In this document: piece by piece, positions 1-10,895 of the stretch
Layout of the letters: every line of letters starts with the position of its first letter
Numbering within the stretch: position 1 is the stretch's first letter
Notes under the pieces: generated by a model
Databases searched by the model: none
Told to the model about the DNA's origin: nothing
Seen by the model: the letters and a program-made list of their open reading frames with translations, nothing else
Made by a program: the position numbers and the translations under genes
Source of the DNA: Saprolegnia diclina VS20
Lineage: Eukaryota
Direction of reading: 5' to 3'
DNA length: 20,000 nucleotides
Assembly (NCBI RefSeq): GCF_000281045.1
Contig: NW_008246070.1
Span: 313,614 to 333,613 of the forward strand

Positions 1-718
1 ATGGCTCTTGTCGGGAAGGAGCGATCGTCGTCCCGCCAAGGACAAGTCGTGGACGTGGCCATTTACGAATCCATGTTTAACGTCCTCGAGGCCATCGTGC
101 CCGAGCACTCGTACAACGGAGCGGTGCGCGAGTGCTCGGGCTCGACGATTACCGGCATCGTCCCCTCCAACACGTACCCGACCTCTGACAAGAAGCACGT
201 GGTAATTGGCGCCAACATGGACGGGCTCTACATGAAGGTATCCTCGTATGGGTGCGCGACATCCACGTCATGCCATATCTTGTCGCTAGCTTATGGATCT
301 GATTGGCACGCCGGAGCTCAAGGTGCACAAGACCAACGTCGAGCGCGTTCAGTTCCAAGCTGACATTGACGACGCGATCGGCCGCTGGACGGCGTCGCTG
401 CCGCTCGCAGACATCTTGGTGCAGCTCGACAACGCACGCATTCCCGTCGGCCCCATCAACTCGATCACCGAGATGGCGGCGGACCCGCACTACGCGGCGC
501 GCAACATGTTCGAGTCGGTGACCATCCCGGGCCACGCCAAGCCGCTCCAGATTCCGGCTGTGAGCCCCAAGCTCAGCGGGACACCGGGTCGCACCCAGTG
601 GCCGGGGAAGCCGCTCGGCGCGGATACCAAGTGGTGCCTCGAGTCCGTCCTTGGCATGGCCCCCGCCGAGATCGAAAAGCTCCTTCGCGATGAAATCGTG
701 TTTGAGGCGCGCTCGTAA
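1..718 (+). CDS. Family III CoA-transferase (CaiB/BaiF; formyl-CoA / succinate-HMG CoA-transferase-like), 5'-truncated by window edge
   Basis: Motifs GQVVDVAIYE, GIVPSNTYPT, ADPHYAARNM and PKLSGTPG...PLGADT match the C-terminal half of CoA_transf_3 enzymes. A GT..AG intron at 238-289 (52 nt) joins ...LYMK to LMDLIG... in frame. Stop TAA at 716-718. Confidence 0.9.
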
Positions 719-775
719 GAAGGTACAAAGTAGCACAAGCTCGCTAAGGAATATAAAGATCGAAGTAGTGTTTAG

Positions 776-1750
776 TTAGTACATGCAGTACACGCGAGGT
801 TGGGCATTGTAAGAAGACTCGTGCAGCGTGGGGCGGTGGGATACACCCATTCGCGACAGCCAAAGCTGGCGGTCGCGCGTTTCTTGGGCCTCTTGGAGAC
901 GCTGGAGTCGGGCGATCTCGGCGGCGTAGTCGACGTGCGGCGGCTGCGGGGCTTCAATGTCAAACACTATGTCTTCGTCGCCCACGACCTCGCGCGCAAC
1001 GGGCACACCGTTGACGCGAACAGTGACCGTCACGGGCTTCTTGCGCTGCAACGGCGGCTGCTGCGTCGGCGTGACGATGCGAATGTGCTTGGACTGTGGC
1101 GAAGTGCGAGCTTTCTGCTGCGTGGTGTGGCTCTGTCTCTCGAGCGTCGGCGACGGGGACGACTGCATGAAGATAAATGGCATGGATGTCTGCGGATGCG
1201 CGGTTCTTGGTGGCGGTGTCGCCTCTGGGGACTTGACTGCCGTAGCGCGCTTTTGCTCTTCCCTCGACACGACGGGCACACGCTTGAATGCATACGGGGT
1301 ACTGGTTCGGGACGTCGAACTTGACGGCGTGGTCGTCGACTCTGCAGCGACGTGGTCCTTGTCGTGCACTGCTCGTTGTTCGTGGGAGCTTGGCTCTTCT
1401 GTTGTGCTTTCCTCGTCACGCGGTGCTGATACATCGCGTTGAGTCTGCTGCTCTGGCACTTGCCCATCAAGCTCTGTCGTAGTCTCAGGCGTCATCTCGA
1501 CGCTTGAAGGTTCTTGTGTGATGGCCGTAGGAAGCTCCGCGTGGGCCTCCTCGCCGGGCACGTCGGCTGCCATGGGCTCACTTGTGTTTTCTTCTTGCAT
1601 GCTATCCACGCTGGCTGCGTCGTGTGCGGCGTCGATCGAGACCTCTTGCACACTGCCCTCGGGCGTTGGCATGTTGACGATCGCGTAGGCGTCGATCGCC
1701 GTGGGCGTCGCCTCCGTTGGCCCCGCGCGGGGCTTCTCCATGTAGCTCAT
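776..1750 (-). CDS. Hypothetical protein (~324 aa), Glu/Thr/Ser/Pro-rich and probably disordered, with a short helical C-terminal segment
   Basis: Single open frame from the first ATG at 1750 (MSYMEKPR...) to the stop at 776. An INR+FPR element lies just upstream of this ATG. No family recognised. Confidence 0.7.
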   Translation of the reverse strand: MSYMEKPRAGPTEATPTAIDAYAIVNMPTPEGSVQEVSIDAAHDAASVDSMQEENTSEPMAADVPGEEAHAELPTAITQEPSSVEMTPETTTELDGQVPEQQTQRDVSAPRDEESTTEEPSSHEQRAVHDKDHVAAESTTTPSSSTSRTSTPYAFKRVPVVSREEQKRATAVKSPEATPPPRTAHPQTSMPFIFMQSSPSPTLERQSHTTQQKARTSPQSKHIRIVTPTQQPPLQRKKPVTVTVRVNGVPVAREVVGDEDIVFDIEAPQPPHVDYAAEIARLQRLQEAQETRDRQLWLSRMGVSHRPTLHESSYNAQPRVYCMY

Positions 1751-1766
1751 GTTGCAGCTCGATAGC

Positions 1767-1782
1767 AAATTGGGAAATGAGC
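1767..1782 (-). promoter_or_regulatory. Oomycete core promoter INR+FPR element
   Basis: The minus strand reads GCTCATTTCCCAATTT, an exact match to the oomycete initiator plus flanking promoter region consensus GCTCATTYYNCAWTTT. It ends 16 nt before the ATG at 1750. Confidence 0.8.
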
Positions 1783-2335
1783 TGCAATGGCCATTTTGAT
1801 ATAGAGAAGTCGATGAAAAAGGCGAGGAATTCGCGAACACTGTTCTGGAACTCCTCGAAAACACGATTTGCCCCTCGAAACGTCTGGAAACTACGATATC
1901 CGGATAACCCAGGTTAGCGGATGCGCGTCTGGGCTTGCCACGTCAGCTGCCGACCCACGTCGTTGCCTCAGCATGAGGCCAGAGGAGAGCTTCCCAGCTC
2001 CAAGTACGGAGTTCAGCAACCCACAGACTCTGATACTGTCCGAGTACCAGAGCGTGCTGCCCGGCGCTCGAGCGTTCAAGTTGAAGCGACAAATAACTGC
2101 TAACGTTATCGTAGAGGCGCATTGGATTTGAATGGGTCATGGGTCCTGGTTGAGGTAGCTGCACGCTCGAGCCTCTGAGCTCCGTCGACGACTGCGACCC
2201 TCTTCAGTCTGTTGTCAGCGTCGACGCTGCCCATAAGCGGGGCGGCTTGAGTTTGAGTGTGCTTCGAATGGATGGTTCAGTTATCCGGCTTGTATCCGGT
2301 CGCGCAGCCGACAGCGCCGGCTTCGCCACGGTTCC

Positions 2336-3127
2336 ATGCCATCGCTCCAGCGCGTGCGGCAGCGCGTGTTCATCATCGTCGTCGCAAGCGCCTTCTTCTT
2401 CACCGCGAGCCTCGTCTCTGTCATGCAGAAGCAGTCGTCGGCGCTCTCGTCCTACTACTGCTCGCCCGCGCAGCTCAGCGCCGTCCGGTCCTTCGCTTAC
2501 CAGAACGCGACCAACCAGTCGCAGTCGTGCCTCTTGACCGTGCTTGGCCTCCTCGCGCCGACCGCTCTCGACGTGCAGAACCGCCCGCTCCAAGGCATTG
2601 CGACAAGCGCCTTGAACTCGTACTGCACGTCAACGTGCTACGGCCCCATCCAAGCGATGAAGGCGAACCTCTTTCCGCCCTGCGACACGATCGTCGATGG
2701 CAGCGTGCGCTCAATCGGGTCAATCGCCATGGACCTCTGTCCGCAAGGTGGTAACGTCGCGACGGTCCCAGTCGCCACGCGGCCGCCCAACCGCACAGGC
2801 ACCTACTGCAGCTACGGCCAGTACGACAACATGTCGCGGGACCTTGGCCTCAACGACCCGAGCACGCCGTGCGGCGCGACGGCCAGGAGCGCGCTTGTAC
2901 CGACGCTCATCACATTCGACATCAACACTATCCCGTTCAGCAACTTGACGTGGTCCATGGTGAATGCGGTGTGCGTACCGACGTGCGCGACGCTGCTGGC
3001 CAAGATGAAGGCGTACACGTACCCCGACTGCGATGGGCTCATCAACCTCGAGACGACGCTCTCACTCGCCGCGATTGTTCAAAGCATGTGCAATACGACG
3101 AGTCCCTACTACCCTAATGCTACTTAA
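2336..3127 (+). CDS. Elicitin-like protein with two tandem six-Cys domains and an N-terminal signal peptide/anchor (263 aa)
   Basis: Hydrophobic segment VFIIVVASAFFFTASLVSV. Cys at 42/65/97/101/116/135 and at 158/179/213/217/232/252. Elicitin-like PPCD/PDCD motif at Cys5, with the conserved 14-residue C4-C5 gap in both domains. Intronless. Confidence 0.7.
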   Translation: MPSLQRVRQRVFIIVVASAFFFTASLVSVMQKQSSALSSYYCSPAQLSAVRSFAYQNATNQSQSCLLTVLGLLAPTALDVQNRPLQGIATSALNSYCTSTCYGPIQAMKANLFPPCDTIVDGSVRSIGSIAMDLCPQGGNVATVPVATRPPNRTGTYCSYGQYDNMSRDLGLNDPSTPCGATARSALVPTLITFDINTIPFSNLTWSMVNAVCVPTCATLLAKMKAYTYPDCDGLINLETTLSLAAIVQSMCNTTSPYYPNAT

Positions 3128-3207
3128 GGGACACCATACTTCGTGGGACCTGCAACAATGACAGACTGCCAAGGATTAGACCTTTCAAAATTCGACGGAC
3201 GTCATTT

Positions 3208-3776
3208 CTACTCGCCCTTGTACACGGGCTTGCGCTTCTCGCGAAAGGCTTGGAGCCCTTCGAGGCGGTCCTTGGTCGGGATCACTTGGGCGTAGCAAGC
3301 GCGCTCGATGGCCATGCCGCTCGCTTGGTCAACTTCAATGCCCTTGGTGATGGCCTCCTTGGCCATGCGGACGCCGATCGGGCCGTTGGGCAGAATCTCC
3401 TTGGCGAGGTCCAGCGCCTTGGTCAGCGCTTCGTTCTCGGCCACAGCGTAGTCGACCAGCCCGAGGCGCTCGGCCGCGATGTTATCAATCTTGCGCGATG
3501 TAAAGATGAGCTCTTTCGCCTTGGAGAGGCCGATGAGACGCGGAAGGCGCTGGGTACCCCCCGCGCCAGGCAAGATCGCGAGGCCCGTCTCCGGCGTACC
3601 CAAGAGGGCCTTGGCGCCCGCGATGCGAAAGTCGCACGCCAGCGCCATTTCGAGACCGCCGCCGAGCGCCGCACCTTCGATCGCGGCAATCGTCGGCATC
3701 GGGAGCTGCTCGAGCTCCGTAAAGGCCGACCGAAGGCCAAAGACGGTCGCGGCCGCTTGCTCGGGCGTCATGGCCA

Positions 3777-3808
<32 letters not shown>

Positions 3809-4059
3809 ACGCGCGGCACCGTGCTCTGCAAGACGACGACGCGGACGCTCGTGTCAAAGCGCACCGAGTCCATGGCGGCGCGCATCTCGCGCATCATCTG
3901 CTGCCCAAGCGCGTTGCGAGCGGCGGGACGGGACATGGTCATGAGCGCGACGCCTTCGAGGTCGCCCGAGAGGCGCTCGACGACGAACTCGGCCGGCGAC
4001 GCCAACGTGCTGAAGCGCCCCACGACCAGGCTACGACCGATGACACGACGACCCAACAT
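3208..4059 (-). CDS. AUH: Methylglutaconyl-CoA hydratase, mitochondrial (crotonase superfamily), ~283 aa
   Basis: Motifs FCAGADLKER, PMPTIAAIEGAALGGGLEMALACDFR, PETGLAILPGAGGTQRLPRLIG, KDRLEGLQAFREKRKPVYKGE. The Arg-rich N-terminus MLGRRVIGRSLVVGRFSTL resembles a mitochondrial transit peptide. First ATG at 4059. Confidence 0.9.
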
Positions 4060-4482
4060 GATGATGACAAAACCGAGCAAATCTGCAATTGGCACGCCAC
4101 AGTTTTGACACCCGGATACCGTATCCGGAAGTTCAAGTTGTCTGTCGCACGCCAAAGGGCAACTTGCGCTCCGATCTGAACCGGCATAAGCACACCAGGG
4201 TACCGCCTCGCTACGGCGTAGCTGCGACTATTCGTGCAGGAGGGTCGTCGTCTCTTTACTTTGGCATACTTGGCAGACCGCTTCTAAGACCCTTCGAGCT
4301 GGAATGGATGGCTGGTGCTTGAGCTCACGCAGCGACGCTGACACGATGTACAGAGCCTGGAAGCGTGGACAAGTTGTATCGGCGAGCGTGTCTTGCTAGC
4401 TGTGATGCCATCGCAGACAATTGTATCACCTGGGATGCGATGAAACCGGCGATGTATAATTAATCCCAACACCACCGGCCTG

Positions 4483-6729
4483 ATGGCCAAGGTATCGCCG
4501 CACAACGACGAGCGGTTGAGTCCGATGAAGCAGTTCTCACTGCGCCTCGACGACGAAGTACGTTATGAGACGCCGCGCGTGCGCCAAGACGTCGCACCGC
4601 CGGTCGCAAAAGTGCCAGTGTCGCTCGACGGCTTCCTCCTCCTCGACACGTGCCGTGGTATCGCGTCGTCAAGCCCACTCAGATCTTATTTCATCTACGA
4701 TCCTAGTCGAGTTTCCCGAGGAGGCATCGCGCGCCGACGTGAACGGACTCAACATCACGGCCGTCGTCTCGGACGACCTCCAGTACTTCACCAACCTCCT
4801 CTTCCTCGACATGAGCGACAACCAAGTCTCTTGCACTATACTCACACATACAATATCGAACTCAAACGACGGCGACGCTAGGCACCACTGGAGCCGCTCG
4901 GCGCCTTCCCCGTGCTCAAGGAGCTCGATTTCCAGTGCAACGCGCTGCACAAAATCGACAACCTCACGGGCTTTGAGTGCTTGGAGGTACGATAACGTAG
5001 ACGCAATGATACGACTACTCAGACGCACAACCAGTGGCTCAATCTGTCGTTCAACTGCCTCGTGAGCAAGGACGTCGAAGAGCTCTCCAAGCTACCCAAG
5101 CTGCGCGAACTCTACTTGGCGAGCAATTGGATCACATCGGTGCCGCCCATCATGGTACCATCTCCTTGCTTTGCCGTCATTTGACGTCTTGCTCAGGACC
5201 GGTTCACGCGGCTCGAGACGCTGTCGCTCGAGCGCAACAACATTCATGGCACGGGCATCTTCCTTCTCCTCGCGGTCGTGCCGCGCTTGAAGAACCTCAA
5301 TCTGAGCCACAACAAGATCTCCGAGTTCCCCGAGGTCGTACACGCTTGCAGCACATGGCGTTGGTTCTCAAGGAGCGTGTGGATAGAGCGCCTTGGCACT
5401 CGGGGACAAGCAAGGCGCCGGCTTCTACCACCTCGCCTACCTCAACCTCTCCCACAACAAGATCGTCAGCGAAGACGGTGCGCGTCCTGCCATCGCACTG
5501 AAGCACACGCGTTGCGCTAGACATCAGGGCCCTCACGCAGCTGCGCGTTCTCTCGCAACTCGTCCTCTATGGCAACCCGCTCGCCCACGCGGCTGTCCAG
5601 ACCCAAGGTGCCCCTCCGCGATTGTGGACACGTTGTCATCTTGCACTAGACAAGACCAAGCTCGTGTACAACCCGGTGCCGATCATGAGCGAGTGTGACG
5701 GACGCGAGGTGGAGCTCAACATTGTCATCGCGTACCCAGAGACAAAGCGCAAGAAGCCGTCGTACAAGAACGTTAGCATCGCGCGCGTCAAGCAGGACTT
5801 GCTTCCGACGACGGCCGAGTTCAAAGCCAAAGGCAAGCGCGCCCTCTTCGCTGACCCTGCGCCGCGGCCCGAACTCGCGACCATCTTTCCGCCGCGCGTA
5901 TGACGACACTTGCTGTGTGGATCCACGACAGGTTGTTCATAGCAACCACTGCGGCAGCACGACGAAGAGGCACCGGAGGCGGTGGCCGAGCCAGGTAGAG
6001 CGCAAACGACGCGGACGACGACGAGCCCACAGCGCGACGTAGACATGACCTTCTTGACGGGCGTCGGTCTCGAGACCAGCGGACCGCAATCGACCAAGGC
6101 GCGCCGACGCAAGGTCGAAATACCGTTCGAAAATGATGCATCGAGGAATGAACAGCGCGCGTAGGACCCGGGTGCGGTGCAGAACGACGTCCCGTCCTAC
6201 TTTTTAGCGCGGTCGTTGGCCCCCAACTCAGAGGTGCAAGCCCACCGCGATACGCTAGGTAGAACCATGCTGCGTAGTCGCAACAAGTCAAGCTCAAGAC
6301 GGCGATGGCCAACTTGCGCTACCAACTGACGCACCCGCTCACATCGCACAACGACGAGCGCCTCAACGACGACGTCTCGGCCGTGCGCCCCACCGCCGTC
6401 CACAAGGTACTACCACACCGTTGGTCGCTGCGGCCATCGCCAAATGACGTAGCTTCGGCAACGGAAAAAGTTTGGGCAAGCGCCACGGGGGCGCTTTGGT
6501 ACATCATCTTCGGCGTCGGAGGTAGAGACCATGGACTTGTTGCGTAGCGTTGGCTTCGATCGACCAAGCCATCGACGACGTCAACGCCCGTTTGCACAAC
6601 CGCGGTGCGCTCTCTCTCACCGACGTGTCCGACATGTTTGCCGTCGTAGTGGACGTGCTCGACGAAGGCGACACGTCGCTCAACCACCTCGTGCGGCAAG
6701 CGCAGCGCATGACGCGGAAACAGCCATGA
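4483..6729 (+). CDS. XRRA1: Leucine-rich repeat protein, XRRA1-like (X-ray radiation resistance-associated protein 1), ~559 aa, 13 exons
   Basis: Hand-spliced with introns 4658-4706, 4826-4881, 4987-5034, 5155-5196, 5335-5386, 5478-5520, 5608-5649, 5898-5942, 6114-6164, 6234-6277, 6407-6452, 6499-6547, giving one open frame. It reads LDGFLLL..., LLFLDMSDN-QAPLEPLGAFPVLKELDFQCN, LEWLNLSFN, LPKLRELYLASN, FTRLETLSLERN, LKNLNLSHN, LSQLVLYGNP, following the order of XRRA1 repeats as I recall them. 3' exons are less certain. Confidence 0.72.
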
Positions 6730-6872
6730 GTGTCGAGCATATTTAAACCTCGTGCTAAATGGAATACCAAACTTATACACCCTACAAGACTAGGAAACAC
6801 ACAGAAGGGGTAGGGTATATGTGGAAGTAGTTAAAGTAGTGAATAGCAGCCGCCACTGCATCGTGTCTATCA

Positions 6873-8333
6873 TTACGTCGACGCGTAGTGCAAGATGCGG
6901 TAGAGGAGGACGCGACCGCGCGCGTTGGCTACCGCAAAGTACCCGCTGCTGGGCGAAAACTCGAACGTCGAGATGTAGTGCAGCGGCGTCTTGACCGTCG
7001 GCCAGTTGCCAAAGACAGTTGCGGACGGGAGGTGCACCATCTTGAGCGCGTCCTTGGTTTCGCGCGACGCCATGGCGAGGATCTGCGAGTCGCTGTTGAA
7101 CTTGAGCGACGAAATACCGGTCGTGAGCTGCATGAGCGACTTCATCGGCTTGGGCGTCTTGCCGTGCACGAGCTTGTCGGCCTCATAAATATTGACGACG
7201 CCCGAGTCGGCGCCGACCGCGAGGAACTTGCCGTCGCCGCTGGCCGCGATCGCGCCGTTCCCGAGACTACCTTCGTCCTTGACGCGGTAGAGGCACTTGC
7301 GCATGCGGAGATCCCACTTGTAAATGTCGCCGTCGCTGCCCGTGCTCACGAGGTAGTTGTCGTCGGCGCAAAATGCGGCCGCGCGCACCGACCCCGTCAT
7401 CTTGAGGTTCCCGATAAAGTCGTGCGACCGCTCCGAGAGGAGCGAGATCATGCCTTCATCGCCGAGCATCGCAATGGTCTCGCGGCCCGAGACAAACGAA
7501 GTCCACTTGGTCTCGTGGCGGCTGCGCACGCGCGGAATGCGGTTCACGTGCCCGCCCTCAATGTCGTAGACGTAAAACTGCGGCCGCGGGCCGGTCATGA
7601 CGACGCGCTTGCCGTCGTGCGAGAACTGCGCGCACGAGATCGGCATGTCCTTGAGGTAGATGCTCTCAATCTTCGGGTTCTCCGCGCCGTCGATCTGGAA
7701 GAGACGCAGCGTCTTGTCGAGGCCGGCCGTCAACATCAGCTGTCCGTTGGCGTGGAACTGCACCGACTGCACGACGGCGTTCGACGGGCTTTGCTTGTTG
7801 GCGTCCTTCATGCGCGTGACCGCGAGCGTCGTCGGGCTGAGCACGTCGCCGCCGCCCGTGCCGAGCAAGCTGGCAGCGCCCGCAAAGAGGTCTTCTTCGT
7901 CGTCGCTGTCGTCGTCACCACGCGCCGCCTTCTTCTTCTTGTCAAGTGCATCGAGATCAGCCCACGACGCGGCCGAGCGGCCCGACTTGAACCTACACGC
8001 AACAGCATGAGCAATCATGTCATATCGCTGATGCCAGCACGTACTGCTTCTTGAGACGCTCCTGGTAGACGTCGCCCGACACCTGCGTCTCGTCCTCGGT
8101 CTTGCGCAGCTTCTTGAGGCGCGATTCGAGGTTCACGACCACGTCGTCATCGTCTTCGTCGACCCACGCTGCCTGACGTTGGACGGGCGTCGGCGACGCG
8201 GGCGCAGGGCGCTTGGCCGTCTCGGCAGTCTGGAAGAGCTGCTCGTGCAGAGCGACTTCTTCTACAGCGAGCCTTAGCATCCTGCATGCGATGGCGGCGA
8301 CGTACCATGCGACGGAAGCGTATCGGAGGACAT
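6873..8333 (-). CDS. UTP18: U3 snoRNA-associated protein 18 homolog (WD40, SSU processome), ~454 aa
   Basis: Motifs AAWVDEDD, KKLRKTEDE..SG..YQERLKKQF, RMKDAN, VQFH..QLMLTAGLDKTLRLFQIDG, HLPSATVFGNWP, FSPSSGYFAVANARGRVLLYRILHY. Introns 8262-8305 and 7993-8044. Start MSSDTLPSH at 8333. Confidence 0.92.
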
Positions 8334-8369
8334 GATGGCACGATCTAATATACCTTCAACTGCTCCTGA

Positions 8370-8498
8370 CCAATTAAGGGCTTGGTTCGTACGCGACGAT
8401 CGAGCGCGCTCATTGGCTAAAAAGCATCGACATTGCGGTGCTGATTGGCGGAAATCGCTATGCTAAGCGCCAGGCCATTGGTCCGTGCGGTCCAATGG
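8370..8498. promoter_or_regulatory. CCAAT-box cluster upstream of UTP18
   Basis: CCAAT or ATTGG pentamers at 8370, 8412, 8444, 8477 and 8492, within 165 nt of the UTP18 start. CCAAT is an established oomycete promoter element. Confidence 0.45.
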
Positions 8499-8608
8499 TG
8501 TCCGAACCGACAACAATGGCATGCGTTTCGCAGACAATATGTACACTTCTCTACCATACACAGGTATGTATTAAAAACGTTGCGACCAGCGCAGCGGGCC
8601 AAGCTGTC

Positions 8609-10895
8609 TTATGCCAGGTAGCGGTACGTCGTCGCCGACTCGGGGTCGCGCTCGAGGTATTCGCGGTCGATGAGCGCCTCGATGCGGCGCTTGATGAGCT
8701 TGGGGACCGGCTTGAAAAAGGCGAGCTGCGAGAGCACCTCCGAGACCAGTTGCTGGTGCTGCAGCGTCTTGCGCGCCTTCATGATGCGCACAATGGCCGC
8801 CTCGATCGCGATCGAACGGTCCTCCTCGACGTGCTTGGGGTTGTGGCTTTCTTCGAGCGACGCCATGGGCACGCGCACCTTGCGCATCGGCGACGCAAAC
8901 GAGAGGTTGAGCGCAAACGTGTCCGTGATCGCAATGTTCTTGCTCATCGGCGTCTTCGTGAGCAGCTTGTACTTGCCGCACGAGAGCGAGTGCAAAATGC
9001 GCTTCACCACGTCCTCCGAGAGGTTGAGCGACTCGCGGAGGTGCTCAAACGTAAACGCCTCCGTGTCGCTCGCGTTGAAGAGGAGGAGCGCGACGGCTTG
9101 GAGCGTCGTCACTTGCAAGTCGTACCACTTGTTCTTCGGGAACGTCGCGCGGACGGTCGCATTCCCGAGCGAGTGGACCCACTGCAGGCGGCGATGGCTC
9201 GTCTTCGAGTCGTAGTACATCTTGAAGAGCGACATGTAGCGCACCATTTGCGGCGGCAAGCTAATGTCCAAGGGCGTGTACGACGGCCAATGGCCGGTCG
9301 TGAGCACTTGGACGCCAAACTCAATGACGGCGCCCGACGGCGGGTTCTTCTTCATGAACGCATCAAACTCGGTCTGGTGGTCGCCGCCAATCGCCAAGTC
9401 GTTGAGCATGCCCTCCATCTTGGAGGTAAACTGCGCGCCACAGCACATCTTGAGCTTCGAGATCATCGAGATCTCGGCATCGTCCGACGACGAGCGCTGG
9501 TTCAAGAGGCGCTTGGCGAGCTGGTTGCGGTAGATCTCGGCAAAGAGGTCCTTGTCCGTCAAGTACGAAAAGACGCTCACAATCTTGACCAAGTACTCCT
9601 CGACCTGGTCGTCGCTGAGCTTTTCGCCGCCCGACTTGAGAATGCGGTCGCAGAACGTGCTCATGAGCTTGGCCGAGCAGTCCTTCCCCACGTCCTTGTT
9701 GACAAACTCGACAAAGGCCTCCTTGAGGGCCTTCTGGAAGAGCGAGTTGCCGCCAAACTGCTCCTGGACCACGAGCTTGTACTTGTCGTGGAGCGCGAGA
9801 ATGTCCTTGATAAAGGTCGGGTCCGACGACGGGTCCTTGATGTTGTCGCTCGCAATCGCTGCCGTACGACGCTCGACGATCTCATTGCCAACGGTCTCAA
9901 TGTGGCGGCGGACCAGCGTGGCGATCGGCGCGAGGCCTTCGGGTACGCGCGAGAAGAGACGGTACATGCGCGAGAGGTCTTCCGACTTGTCGTTCTGGAG
10001 CAGCGCAATGCAGCCTATGCAGATGCGTTGGGTGAGATGACATGGTGCAGAAAGGGGGTTTTATACCCGAGTTTTCGCGCTCGAGAAGGGTCTTCTGATG
10101 CTTCTCGAGGAGCTCAATCTCGAGCGCCCGGAGGAGCTTCGCTTCCGTCGTTGAGTGCATGTAGCGCGCGACGCGGCTCGACTCGCTCTTGAGGCAATCC
10201 TCCGTCTTGATCATGTACGCCGGCGTCGAGTCGCCTTCCAGCCACGTCTGCGCTTTCGTCGCGTAGTAGGCCGTACTGCGCTTGATAAAGGGCTCTTCAA
10301 AGTCCGTGACGTACACGTCGAGCGTGCCCATGCCCATGGTCTCAAAGACCTCAATGCAGTTGCGGAGGAGCGTCGTGTCGACAATCTCGCCCTCGCGCTC
10401 CTTCTCAACGAGCTCGAGCATCGCGTCGACCACGTCCTTCTTGATGCCCTCAAAGACCACCGACTTGAACGCGTTGAGGCCCGACTCGGCGAGCGTCGGC
10501 AGCGCGTTGTGCTTGACGTAGTAGCGGTCGAGGTACATGAAGAACTTGGACATCCACTTGTTCATGAGCTTGTGGTTCTGCCAGCGACGGTGCAGCTCGT
10601 TGAGTAGGAACTCGTCGTGCTGGTTCTGGAGCTCCGGGAGCACCTTCTGGCGGAGGTACTCGGTAAAGGTCTCGCCATGGCGCGTGTAGAGCTGCGCCGA
10701 CCAGTTGTACGGCGTCCGCTGCGTGCACATGTCGTAGCAGATCGTGTAGATGGGCATGTACGACTGCGGCGGGAACGGACAGGCCGCGACCTTGTCGAAG
10801 CCCTTGTCGAGGATGTCGAGGAGGATGTCGATACCCTTGGGCTTGATCTGCTCCTTCCAGCCCTGCTCGAGCTCGATCAGCGGCTTGCTCGCCAT
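8609..10895 (-). CDS. CUL1: Cullin-1 (SCF E3 ligase scaffold; resembles plant CUL1), ~744 aa
   Basis: YTICYDMCTQRTPYNWSAQLY, FMYLDRYYV, DKDLFAEIYRNQLAKRLL, CGAQFTSKMEGMLNDL, VLTTGHWP, neddylation motif IEAAIVRIMKARK, and KRRIEALIDREYLERD..YRYLA. One intron at 10015-10066 (ENSG/CIALL). ATG at 10895. Confidence 0.93.

Noticed and set aside
776..800. C-terminal VYCMY as a CaaX prenylation signal
   Set aside because: The Cys is third from the end, not fourth.
4060..4155. CxxC-containing N-terminal extension of AUH (GCQNCG)
   Set aside because: It relies on a bacterial-style alternative start. The first ATG at 4059 begins a plausible mitochondrial transit peptide.
4483..6729. Fragmented LRR, bZIP and GEF ORFs suggesting pseudogenes or frameshifting
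   Set aside because: Every break is explained by a canonical GT-AG intron of 39-59 nt that restores the frame.
8438..10192. 584-aa plus-strand ORF opposite cullin, and similar 388-aa (6888-8054), 309-aa (3250-4179) and 317-aa (12869-13822) antisense ORFs
   Set aside because: The same codon-bias effect suppresses stops on the antisense strand. The conserved protein is clearly on the other strand.
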